From Camelus ferus (Eukaryota), in the NCBI RefSeq assembly GCF_009834535.1, contig NC_045697.1, positions 60,700,001-60,764,000 of the forward strand: a stretch of 64,000 nucleotides of DNA, read 5' to 3'. A program made the translations under genes and the position numbers. Shown in pieces: positions 26,200 to 38,255 of the stretch (position 1 is the stretch's first letter; the number at the start of each line of letters is the position of its first letter). Under the pieces are notes generated by a model. That model ran no database searches. It worked only from the letters and a program-made list of their open reading frames with translations, and was not told where the DNA came from.

Positions 26200-28769
26200 A
26201 GTTTTCAGGGCCCACTTCTCTTTATTTTTCATTAACTTCCGTCACTGTTAGAGCAAGGAGAACATACTAAGCTCAATTTGGGAGTTAATAAATGAGATTA
26301 AAACTGAAAGATATAATTGCAGGTGGAAGGAAACATGCTGGAGGTCACTGAGGCTTGGGAGGGGTATCTTCAGGCACTTGAGAACCCCTACAACTCTTTC
26401 ATAAATGGAGTTCAAATGGACTGCTCATCCCTCTGAGAAACACATAGCATCATCCATGAAATTTCGTATCAAACTGAAGTTCATCAGAATCCTTGTTACT
26501 TTCTGACATGGATACTGCTGTATTTACAAAAGCTTCTACTCCATAACTAAGTGTGCTCAAAACCAGGTGAGTCTGCTGGACTGTAAGTAGGGCCCTTTGC
26601 TATTTTATAACTTATGTAATCACTAAAATCATGAGTCCACAAGCACATATAGACAGCAGACATGTATCTTTGTTTGAGCTCTTTTCTTCCTAACAGCTTT
26701 ATATGCTAGAAAGAGATATGCTCAAGAAAATCCAAATAATAAGGTGAGTCTGTCTGTGGTAACACTGGTATTTGCATTTTCATTATTAAATATAAAGAGC
26801 AAACATGAAAGGGTGAGAAATACTCATATGCATTGATTACTATGCTGATTTAACTGCCTTCAATAGAGAATACACTTTAGAAACTGTTTTCACATAGATG
26901 ACCTCAAACTTGTTTCTGATAGTTGTCTGCCTTTGAATATGTGAAACCTAAGAAACAAGCTACCTGTATTTTTACTCAGCTGCCTTACGACAAGGTTTGA
27001 AACACTATAGTATACATTTTTACCTTGTCTTGTGATCAGAAAACTAATTGATTTATAGCTATTTGTTGAACAGTTGGGCAGTAACATCATTCTGACAGAA
27101 CTTTTTACAAATTGGGAATCTCTGAAAATATACCTTTTATCATTTCTTTTCAATAGGCTATATTGGTTGAGTTATTCAATAAAATCACTACCTCAGCAAA
27201 ACAGAAAACATCTGAAATAACACACAGTCTTTAAACATTATTTCTCCTTCATCATATTATTTGCTGCATTGAGTGAAGTGAGTTTGTTTGCCTTCTCACA
27301 ATCTGCAAAGGTATCCTCATGAGTATCCACTTCATTTTAAAAAAAGGAAATCACTTTCATGATAGATTTTCACATCAATTTCAAAATGCCTCCCAACTCT
27401 CAAATGTATTTAAATTTCTGTATACCTTAATTTCCTATTCAGGATATAAATAAACACTTTCAATTAATGGATTAATGCAGAATTATTGTGGGCAGTTCAG
27501 GAAGTTAAATTCCATTACATTTCCTAAGTGTTAATCAATTAGTCATTGTCCTTAGCTATAGGTCATAACACTGGAGTGCCCCAAAAGAATTAATTCCCTA
27601 CTCTGTTAAAAAACCAAAATATGCTTATAATTCAATTTGATAAAACATGTAATATTTATGGCTAATTTTACCTTTTCCTTTTCAATCTCATTCAAATTCT
27701 CCACCCATGCCCTTTGGGCAAGCACAGAAGCACACCTCTGCACATCCACACATGACATGTGATTAAGCGTACTTCTAACAGCTGGCATGAGCTGTATACT
27801 AAATATTGTACCTATCAAGCTTTTACATGTTTTCATTTTAAAATTCCCATTTAAATGCAAATTCTGCCATTTAAATAGAGTCCTCTTGTGCTTTATTACA
27901 CTATAATTACTATTTCCCATCTTCCTGGGACTGACTGCAAAAAAGGCCATAGGTCACTCTACCAGCCCTCTAAAAGTGCGATTGAAATCAGGAAGTCATC
28001 ATCGCCAGCATTTGTGAGTGACACCCATTTGTTAAGGGAGACCTGAGGGACTGATTCAAACAGTGTCCTAAAACCTGCCTTGTCCTGTGATTTATAGGAA
28101 CAAGAACAAACAAAGCCCACAGCTACAATCCCTGCAGGTCCATGTGAATTAAACAGTTTAGCCAGAATTTGGCACAAATATATAGTAATTGAAATGCTGC
28201 CCTCATTTTGAAAGGAGACACATGCCAAATGATACAATCCAATCCCAATGTCAAGCGACAAGCAAGAAACACAAATGTATCTAGTTATTGTCCATTCTTA
28301 CTGAATGAAATGCAGTCATGGGTTCAATTTGTATAAATGTTAAAACTAACATTTTCTATAGGACTGCTTATTTATATATTTTTTATTTAAGTGCAGTCAA
28401 TTACAATACAACTGCTTATTAATAACATGGGCACAAATATAAAGGATATACATAAAATATGTATTTGAAAGTCCTTAGGATTTACAAATATAAATTGAAT
28501 ACTACTAGTAATTTATGATTGTGTATCTACAGAGTACCTACAAAACTCATGAGTTATAGCATTCTTAACATTTCATTCTTAGCATTTAATAAAACATTTA
28601 ATAAAAACTTGAAACTATGTATTTCATACATGTATCCTGTAGTATATATGTGTGTGTGTGTTTCGGATAGCTGGATTATGAATGGCACCAGTTTTAAAAA
28701 AAAAAAGCTTTCTATAGGCAAGTTAATCTCCAAAATGCTTGTTAAGTTTACCTGAATCTCCACTTTGAG

Positions 28770-28920
28770 AGTCTGCGTTGTACAGTGGAAAGAACATGGA
28801 TATCTGAATCAGACAGCATGGATTCAAACAAAATTACAATGACCAAATTGGTGTCCCTGAGCAAGATATTTAATCTCTCTCTGAAATTAGAAACTGAGAG
28901 TATAAAATATCTCAGAAGCT
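28770..28920 (+). mobile_element. MIR SINE fragment
   Basis: cagtggaaagaacatggatatctgaatcagacagcatggattcaaa...gagcaagatatttaatctctct. Confidence 0.75.
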
Positions 28921-30424
28921 AACATATGACAGGCACAGATATATAGATGCAGAATATAGACAGGGTTAGATAATAATATCATTGAACACAGAGCACAGAA
29001 CTTCCTCAGATATCCAATATTCCCACATATTTAGTTCCATAGTGATCACAGACAGGCATTGCTTGAATGCAGGAAAAAGAGGCTCACCACTTTTCTCATA
29101 ACTACTTAATACCTAAGCCTCTCTAATGATAATACATTTTCAGCTGAGTTCATTGGGTTACAAATCCTAGGGCCCTGAGTCCTGAAGGAGCCAAACACAA
29201 TCATTTATATACAGGGTAGGTTCAATTTGAGCCCTGTCATCCTTGACAGTATCCCTTTAAAGTGTACTAAATCACCAACTAGAAATATATTCTTTGTTCT
29301 ACTGTTTGTTCTTACCTTGACTTCTTGTGATCTTGTCTCTAAAACTGAAGTAAATGAGGTTTCATTTTCTAAGCTGAAATTTAATATCATACTTGATGAA
29401 ATAAAATTATGAAGCCAACTTAAACATTACTCATACGGCTCTGATTTTGGTAGCCACTGATTCACAGTGAATTTTTTAAACACATCATGTCAAATTTGCT
29501 CTTTCTGTCAACTATATTATTTATTCCTCATTGCCATCTGGAATTATTTCTCTTATCAATATTGAGATAGTTGTTTCCAAAATGTTCTAATAATTACTCT
29601 AGCTTTTGCAATTTTTCTTTCAGCTAATTTATTAAAATTTGGAATGCACTTATAAAAATATAAATACAGCTTAAAACCTGAAGCATTCTTCAGCATATGA
29701 TAAAATTATTTAGTATTTTATATACTTATAAAAAGTCACTTAAGAGGTCAACACTCTCTTTAGCACAGGACAAAGGATCAAATCACCAAGGCTCCACATT
29801 TCCAACAATCTGGCTATACTTACACAGCTGATAAAGCTGCAACTACCAGAGCCCTAGGGGGAACTTTCTGGCAAATCAGACCACAGAGCTCAATATTCTA
29901 CTTGATGTACAGATTTGGATTCTACTCAATTACAAGTGCCATTTTTCAATTTAAATGATATTTTAAATACTGTGTTCAATTATTAAGACTACAAGTTTTA
30001 ATTTTCCTTCCCAAACTGTTTATTAAATTGTCTCCTAGTATTATAGTCTGGAAGAATTTTTACTCCCTACATTCATTTTTAGAAATTAACACTATGGCCC
30101 AGGCACGTATTTCCATACAGAAAATGGATAAACATTCTTTAAGCTTTACACTGTGGTTTTGTCTTTACCCTTATTCTATTTTCTATACAACAATATTTGA
30201 ACTCGGCAAATTGTTTCAGAATGTTAGTGGAACTCAATTGCTTTTGTCAAGATATTAACAATATCAGTAATTGAATCTTTTTCCCCTTCCATTCATGGTA
30301 CTGGCTACATTATGACATCTCTAGTTTCTAACAGTTCACCAGATTATTGCTTAACTTATTCAAACTTCGAAAAGTGGAGCACTTGTGGAAGACTCTAATT
30401 TCATCCACCTGTATTTTATTCACT

Positions 30425-31190
30425 TACTCTTTCACTCAACACAAACATATCTTGAGTGCTCCCTCTATGCTAGTCACTAATTCAGGTACTGGGGAGAGAG
30501 GTATGAGTCTGTCAGATTAATTCACTGCCTTCATAAATTCTTAAATTTAGTGCGGAGAGGTGGAGTGAAAAATGCAAAAATAAAAATATACTCAAATAAA
30601 TATATTTCATGAGTCATTCACAAGTGCTACAAGGAAAATAAAGAGGAGTAAAGTGGAAAAGATTAGGGGCTAGGAAAAGATTATAGATGAAGTATTCAGA
30701 AAAGTCCTTTATGATGGTCTGACTTGTGAAAAGAAACCTGAGTAAGGTGAGTGAGGATCTTAGCAAATATTTGGGGGAAAACTATTTCACTCAGAAAATA
30801 GTATGGAGAGATCCTGAAAGGGTAAGTATTTGTTATGTTCAAAGTTCAGAAACGCTGGCTGATCGGAGTTGAGTGAGCAAAGAAGGAGACTGATTGTAAG
30901 TGAGGTCAGGGGGTTGCCAAATGCCACATCATGTGGGGCCTTTGAAATTCAAAGCAAAGACTTTGAAATTTGATCTCTGTTACAGAAAATATTTTGTTTT
31001 CAAAGAAATCACTTGGGCTACTATCTGGAAAATTGTCTTGTCAGTGAAAGAGTAGACAGAGTTATACCAGTCTGAGGCTCTGGAAAGATGGTGCTGACAT
31101 GCACAAAGGTGGTGGCAGTGGGAATGGCAGCAACAGAAGGCCAGGTAACTATATGAATATTTGAAGTGAGAGCTTATAGGGCATGCTAGC
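30425..31190 (-). mobile_element. L2a 3' portion
   Basis: cactcaacacaaacatatcttgagtgctccctctatgctag; gagttgagtgagcaaag; gtgaggtcaggggg. Confidence 0.8.
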
Positions 31191-31204
31191 CCTTTCGTTT
31201 CACA

Positions 31205-32353
31205 GGATAACACCCTGATCGTTGAAATCTTCCTTTCTCTCCCCACAAACTATTCATCAGCAAACTATGCTGGCTGACTCTTTAAAACATATTCAGAGTC
31301 CAGAGGACTAACTTGCTTCATTGCTATGAACGTGAGTCAAGCCTGATTTGTTTCTTGCACAGATGAATGCCTCCTCCCTGGTCATCACATTTATGTCCTT
31401 GCCCCCACATTTTCTACTGTCAATACAGCAACAGGAAGATCTCGCTAATCTGCAGAAAAGATCATTTTACTTTTCTGTTCAAAGCCTGGAAGTGGCTTTA
31501 GCTGATCTGGCCATAATTACTTCTTCAATTTCATTCTTTCTACTCTCTCCTCCAGCAACGTTAGCTCTGTTGCTGTTCAGGATCTCACAACACAAATCTC
31601 TACCCTTGGATCTTTGTGTTTTCTCTGCCCTCTGTCCAGAATTCTCTTCGTCACAGGTGACTGTCTCACCCCTCTACCTACTGCATGTCTTCATTTAGTG
31701 TCAACATCTGTTACACTGTCCGTGATTTACTATTTTAAATTGTACCCCCAAATCTAAACTTTCTATTTAACTTTCCTGTTTTGTTTGACTTAATAATATC
31801 TATATATAATCTATATATTCTATGTATTTGATTTATTATCATACGCCAGTGCCCAAGTAGTAATAATTCGTGCTGCTCACAGAATACATCCAGCTTTCCA
31901 GCTCTTGAGCACATGGGAGGATTACATTTTCTGAGCCTTTTCTGTTTGAGTGGGATCATGTGACTAGTTCTAATGATGTGTGAACAACACTGCTGTTGAT
32001 CGTTTCTGTTCTGGGGCACTTGCTCACTGGTGTGAGACCCTTCATAGTACTCTTTCCTTTTCCCTCTGTGACTGGTAGAAATAACAGCAGCTACAAAATC
32101 AGTCTGGGCTGCAGAGTGAGAACATAAAAAACAGATCCCCCAGCTAATCTGTAATAAAGATTCTATTTGTATACGATAAACCTTCATAGTTTTAAACTTC
32201 TAAGAGTATAGAGTTATTAATAGAGCAGCATTATCCTGGTCTATGTCATCGAAGATTTCTGTCTCCTTTACTTATTGTTGCATCCTTAGCAACTATAAGA
32301 GTATATTGCACACAGTAACTTCTCAAAAAAAATTTGCTGAATTAATAAATTAA
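31205..32353 (+). mobile_element. L2a 3' portion interrupted by an MLT1 LTR
   Basis: tcagcaaactatgctggctgactctttaaaacatattcag...; resumes near 32250 and ends aatttgctgaattaataaattaa. Confidence 0.75.
31850..32247 (+). mobile_element. MLT1I/J MaLR LTR nested in L2
   Basis: tgctgctcacagaatacatccagc...gggatcatgtgactagttct...gataaaccttcatagttttaaacttctaagag...gcagcatta. Confidence 0.78.
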
Positions 32354-33228
32354 ACATTCAGTGACTACTAACTGCCAGATTATAATTATCTCTCTGTTGT
32401 AGTCAAGAATGGTCCCTCACTGAACACTGCCATTAACCATCCAACTTCTTAGTCTCCATGGAAGAAAAAGCTTTTCATTGGAATATCTTTGTGATTATAA
32501 TGCTGGATTTGGAATGTTTATTAGCCTTGGGGGATTATAGGAGAGCCAAAGCCTTTCCTAGAATTTGATTTGTATGATTGTACTGTCAACCATGGTGAAT
32601 ATTTATGGGAGGGAAGGCTAGAGAAAATTAAATGAAATGAGAAATTAGGAATGTTTGCCAAATGCCATACATATTTGTTATGAGTCATTATCAAGAAAGA
32701 ATACTTTGTTCAACCATACAATCTTTTGCAGAAAAGATAGTCTAGTAGAACAGAGAATTCACTCTGAATCAAGGGGGAAAGGAAAGTCTCTGCCCTGCCC
32801 AGAGTAAAACACAAATCCAGGAGGGTGGTGCTGCAGTCTGTTACATAGGCTTGATCATAATGCTGCTCCAGGCTAGTTTTGAAAAAAAAAAAATTAAAAT
32901 AATGAGCCATAAATACCATAACTGTCACTGGAAACCAAGTATAGTTTATGATCTAACATGGCTATGTAAATGATTCTAAGTAGCTAGCTCCGTGAGAACA
33001 AGACCCTTAGAAGCAGCTGGACACACTCACAGCCATAGTTGATATTAAAACAACCAAAGGAAAGTAAGGAATTACTCAGTAGCTTTTGACAGGTTTTTAG
33101 GGAATCAGCAACTTTATTTTTCTCTCTTTCCTATACAGAGTGCCTCTTAAGTTGTTTTAGTTTCTGACGTTTAGTCAGATTTTTAACAGTTGCTTAAAAT
33201 CACTTGAGATTTTCTTTAAAAATGATGG

Positions 33229-33282
33229 CAGAAACCATCACTAATAATGGCTACTATTAGCCATTATTAGTGATGGTTTCTG
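33229..33282. repeat. Perfect inverted repeat with 25-bp arms and a 4-nt loop
   Basis: cagaaaccatcactaataatggcta-ctat-tagccattattagtgatggtttctg, checked base by base. Confidence 0.98.
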
Positions 33283-33619
33283 AGGAGCCAGAGAGGATGT
33301 TAGACTCTAGAAAACTTTACAAATCTCTGACTTCCAAGGATGATCCTTCTTATAAGAGCACATGACCTCACATTTATAACTTAATAGACAAGGTGGAGAT
33401 AAATAACCTTTTTTTCCCAAGTAAAATGACAGATTCAGATATCCCAAAAACATGGGCCACAAATGTTTGAGACTCAAAGTTGAAATTCATCCCTTAGTTT
33501 TCAATAATATGTAACAGCCTAAAATGTAAGCATCACATATTCTTGATGTTAATTATATGACATTTACCATCATCTTAAACTATGTCATATGTATTACATC
33601 ATACATCATATATAATTCT

Positions 33620-33677
<58 letters not shown>
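33620..33677. repeat. Compound (TA)n(CA)n(TA)n microsatellite
   Basis: Read directly. Confidence 0.97.
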
Positions 33678-35450
33678 GCAGGAGTTAGCTTTCCTATATC
33701 ATTTGAATTTTCTATATAATTAAATTTGGCCTACAGTTACTTCTTACAAAATATTTCTTTTTTGACTAATAATTCACAGCCTAATAAATAAACATTTAGG
33801 TGATATATATAAAAGTGAAGCTCAATTAAACAATGATAAAACAAAGTCTTTTTAAATTATGGTAATTTAAACAACTGTGTTATGATTTAGGGTCTAGAAT
33901 ATCACAGTTGTAGTACGGTCACAAAGCTTAAATGCACAACTTTAGTTAAATCAATTCAGCTCTATATTCATGATCTGATAAAAATATGGACACTTATAAG
34001 GTCAGACTTCAGTCCAATCTTTCTATCTATGTATGTTTAAATTTTCCTAGCTTTTGGGTTAAAACACATCCCAGAAACACTTGTATTGGCGTTCTATAAC
34101 ATTACTAATTACCTTTAAAAAAAACAAGGGGGAGGTAGGCCAAAATCCACAGGATTCTATTTTATGAAGCTGATAGTAAGTGGTACAGACTTAATTCATT
34201 TTAATTTCTTACTCATTGGGTAAGAGTGTTCATCCCCATTGCAGACTATTTTAAGACAATGGTACTATGGGGAATTTATAGGCAAGGCAGTATTTCCAGT
34301 GGTTAAGGTTCAGACATCTGTTTGTTCTCTATTTTATGTCCAGTAACTTTCTTAAGAGTACATGAGTTACCCTGTTTAAATTTAGTATATATAACCCTAT
34401 TTATAACTCTAATTCAAGCCCAGGTATCAATAAGACCATGAAAGCTTACCAATTAGTATGTTTCAGCAGATAAAGTTATCTGCTTTATCAGAGCCTACCT
34501 TGTAGAAGTGCCAAAGCCAATCACCTCCCTTTAACTTTTTGTTGTATAAATTTCCTTCAGTAAAATTCGGATTTCTTATTGAGTCAAATTGTGGACTTCT
34601 TTTTAGTTTTGTGTCTCCACCTCCATATCCAGATTTTCAATTTGTTTGCTTTCATTGTCTTTTTTGTTTGTTTTTATTTCAGGTATAATTTAGGGAGTTC
34701 CTCACTACTCTACTCATTTTTATTTTCCTTCTTGCAGGTCTCAAATCAGTATTGCCAGGGTTAAGGTTGTCCCTACGGCTATGGTTGTTTTATTGCATTG
34801 AAGAATCCTGGGCTAGAGCTAGGTTTGCTCTGCCAAGGGTGTGCCATGAGTGTCTTTCCCTGTGGATCTAAATATCAGGATCTTTGTTATGATAAAAGCT
34901 TGAGCAACAGCAGTAACAGAGGCATTCTGCAGGGTCCTAGTGAGCCTTCTGCTTTAAAGACTGATTTCAACATGCCACATTGGCAACTAGTACTTTTTAA
35001 CGGAAGTAACCATCCAACTGGTCCATATATTGCAGGGCATCAGTCTTCTCTAAGTACTCTATAAAATGGGGATCAATTTTGTATGAGGCATTACCAATCG
35101 TAACACGGTAAGAGTATTCTTCCTGAGAGTAGTATATTTCACAATTTACACTAGAATTGAGACATATAATTCAATCTGAGATGCACAGATACATCTGGGT
35201 TAAGATTCACGATCAACCACTTTTAAAAGGGCCCCACTCCCATTCTCCTGTCCCTCTTCACCAATTATCAAGACTTCTGACTTAGGTAGATTAAATTTAT
35301 AACAGAGGCTCAGTAAGGTTTAGCCAGTGTAGCACAGAGAAACATAAATGAAAGTGTAAATTGTCAACAGGCAACAGAGCCAGCTGGCAAGCCACAGCAT
35401 GAGAAGACTCCCAGTGGTGGTGGTCATCACCTGGATGCTCCCATGTTCAC

Positions 35451-35845
35451 TGTGTGATCATGACAGTATTGGAGATGAGGCCTACCCTTAATTTGGTTTG
35501 GATGTCAAGACTGATGGTGCCACATTTGTACCAAGATAGTATGAGAATGGTTTCTTATTCACATAATGAGGTTTTCTTGGAAGAACAGGGCTGGCTCTCA
35601 AGCTGGTCTGAAAAGGCTTGAGAGAGCTGGGAAAGGAGAATGGCTTGGTTTTTATGGTGGTTAGAAAATGTCACCTGGGTGAGAGTTCCTACTCTGGCTG
35701 GGGCTTCTTTGGATTAAACTTCTGCCTGCACCAAAGGAGGGAGAACCTGAGCTTTCTTATCAGATTGTCAGATTTGAGGAGTGGTTGAGTTTGAAATCTG
35801 TCAGTAATCAAAAATGAAAAATGGAATTAGATTCATTATTATTCT
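35451..35845 (-). mobile_element. Old ERV1-class LTR (MER89/MER90-like); possible internal remnant at ~35310-35450
   Basis: On minus: ctgataagaaagctcagg...ctaaccaccataaaaaccaagcc...cctcattatgtgaataagaaacc...catcagtcttgacatccaaaccaaatt. Confidence 0.7.
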
Positions 35846-36069
35846 CAACTAACTTTAGTTCATTTCATTTTCTTTTCCACTACAATTTCCACATATTAAA
35901 CTCATGACAAACAAGTTCAGCACAAAAATTAAAAATATCATCCCATAAGTCAAATTGTTTTTCTATATGTCTAAGAGGATGGACCATCCATGTCATTATT
36001 GGCTCTTAGACCATGTAACTGGTCCCTGCTTTCTCTTTGTCCTTCTAAGACCAAGTAAAGCTTAGCAAT

Positions 36070-36280
36070 TATCAGTCCAGTTCAGGGCAGGAAAGAGAAA
36101 CAACTGTAGGTAGCCAAAGCAACAAATACTGAATACAGAAATGAGGTGCTTATAAAATGGCTGGAGGATTTCTAAGGAGTAGGCTTTAGGCTGAGCCGTA
36201 AGAAATAACTTCTAGAAATATAGAAATGATCCAACAAATGAGCTACAATCAAACAGCTACTACTAAAGCTATACCATAAT
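36070..36280 (-). mobile_element. Old ERVL-type LTR fragment (subfamily unresolved)
   Basis: tatcagtccagttcagggcaggaaagagaaacaactgtaggta resembles the reverse 3' end of ERVL LTRs. Confidence 0.4.
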
Positions 36281-38039
36281 TAACTGTATACCATCAATTC
36301 CTTAAAAAAAAAAATCGGTTGCTGTACAAAGTGAAAGTAGCAGTACATGTGAAGTGCTCTCTTAGCACGCCCTCTAGGACACAGTAGTGATGATGGCTTG
36401 TGTTTGCTATGGTAGCTTTTTCTTTTTGCCATCTATAGCTTAAATCACATCAAGGTTTTATAGTGTCTATTATTTTGTTTTTCTGTTTTTGAAATATCTC
36501 TGTAGTCACTCTATCTTTCAGTATCATTGACTTATTTCTGTTCATTTCAGCAAATTATAAGAATGTGTAAAATACGTTGGAAATCTAATCAACTTTCTGA
36601 AATTCTTCTTTATTTTACAATGTGCTAATTGCTATGTGCTGATTTATTTTACGGATATGGACCTGATTTTCCTGGAGAGTTAAGCTTAAGTATTTTTTCT
36701 ATGTGGCCATTAAAGCAAATAATTCTCTCTAATATTCTTCATATTTTTCAAAAATGATTCCCTATAAATTGGATCGTAACTTAAACATTAAGAGAAACAG
36801 AATATTGAAATATATTTTGTGCTCTTGTATACCAAAATAATAGAGGGTACAGAAATCAAAATTTAAAAGAAAAAGGTCCTCGCCTTCCAAAGGGCAAAGA
36901 TGGGAGTCTCAAATCCAAATCTCTCTACACATTCTTCAAAACTATAAGTCAACATGAGAAGCAAATAGATCCACATATAACCAAATGTCTATGGCATCAG
37001 TGGAGATAATACTCTATTTATATGTGGGCAGACAGATAAAATTTCTGAAACCATCAAAGACATAAGTTTTTCAAAATATTTAGCCTAAGTGAACAAAAGA
37101 ATATATATTCTGGTATTGCACAGTTCTACATAAAATAAAATTGTTAAAAATTCTGTGTTAGCTGCACTTTACACACCTAGTAAGCCTACTTTCTAAATAT
37201 CAGACTTCAAAGAAACAATAAAAACAGCTATTTCTTAGAATAGATAGACTTACTCTGACTTTTTCTTGAAAAAAATGAAACAATTTTGAAGAATTGTTCA
37301 AATTTTCTTACTGAAGAATGTTGCTAAAATTTTCAGAATAATTATTTTTCTATCGTCTATAGTAAGTGAGTCATATGCACACTTATGTCAAACTGTCGTC
37401 AAAATATAGAAGTTACATTTTTAACTGAATATCATGTTTTTCAGTTTTACATCATTTTAGATATTGTGGCAGAATACAGACTGCTGCAGGGTAACGACAT
37501 TGTTACAAATATTTCTAAACTTCTAGAATATTGAATAACCAGCTAAATTACCAAATCCATAAAGAGAATTAAATTTTTCTCAATACTTAAAATATATTTC
37601 AATTTTTGAACTTTAATTCCTAAAGTCTGAGCAACACAATTCCAATTCCATGTTGAAAAAGAAAAATTCACATTTAGAAAAGACTATTCTAGTGTTATGA
37701 GCAAAAGAGTATGACAAATAAATGTTTTATAAACAACATGAATTCTAATGAAATTAATTGAGGTTCAGAAATATATAGACAAGTTCTGCATTCCTTATAG
37801 CTAGAGAAGTAATAGGACTTCTGGCAAAAACAAAATATTATTCAAAACAGAAAACAGGATGAACTCATTACAAGAAGACTTACTTCTAGGACTTAGACCT
37901 AAACACAGAGAATTAGAAGCCACATCAGATGGAAGCTATGATACCTGGAAGGATCCTCTCTGATAAACTAAGCCAATGAGAAACTAACATACTGGCTTGA
38001 CCAGGAGGGGAGTAGGTATAGTATATAGAAGAGTTATGC

Positions 38040-38255
38040 ATCAGTATAGTGTTATGCCTTTGACCTGGGCAGAGTTCAGACCTCACTTCATGCTCTGGAT
38101 CTCAGTCAAGTTATTTTACTTTCACTAGTCCTTTATATCTTCAGTACAAAATAAGAAGACTAATACTTATATCATGAATTAGCTGTGGGGATTAAAAAAA
38201 TATTCTGTGTAAACAGTTTCACATAATGACTGGTATATAGAAAACTCAATAAACA
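38040..38255 (+). mobile_element. MIR SINE
   Basis: Core and tail: gctgtggggattaaa...tgtgtaaacagtttcacataatgactggtatatagaaaactcaataaa. Confidence 0.75.

Noticed and set aside
31735..32187. 150-aa minus-strand ORF
   Set aside because: It is the antisense reading of an MLT1 LTR and an L2 relic
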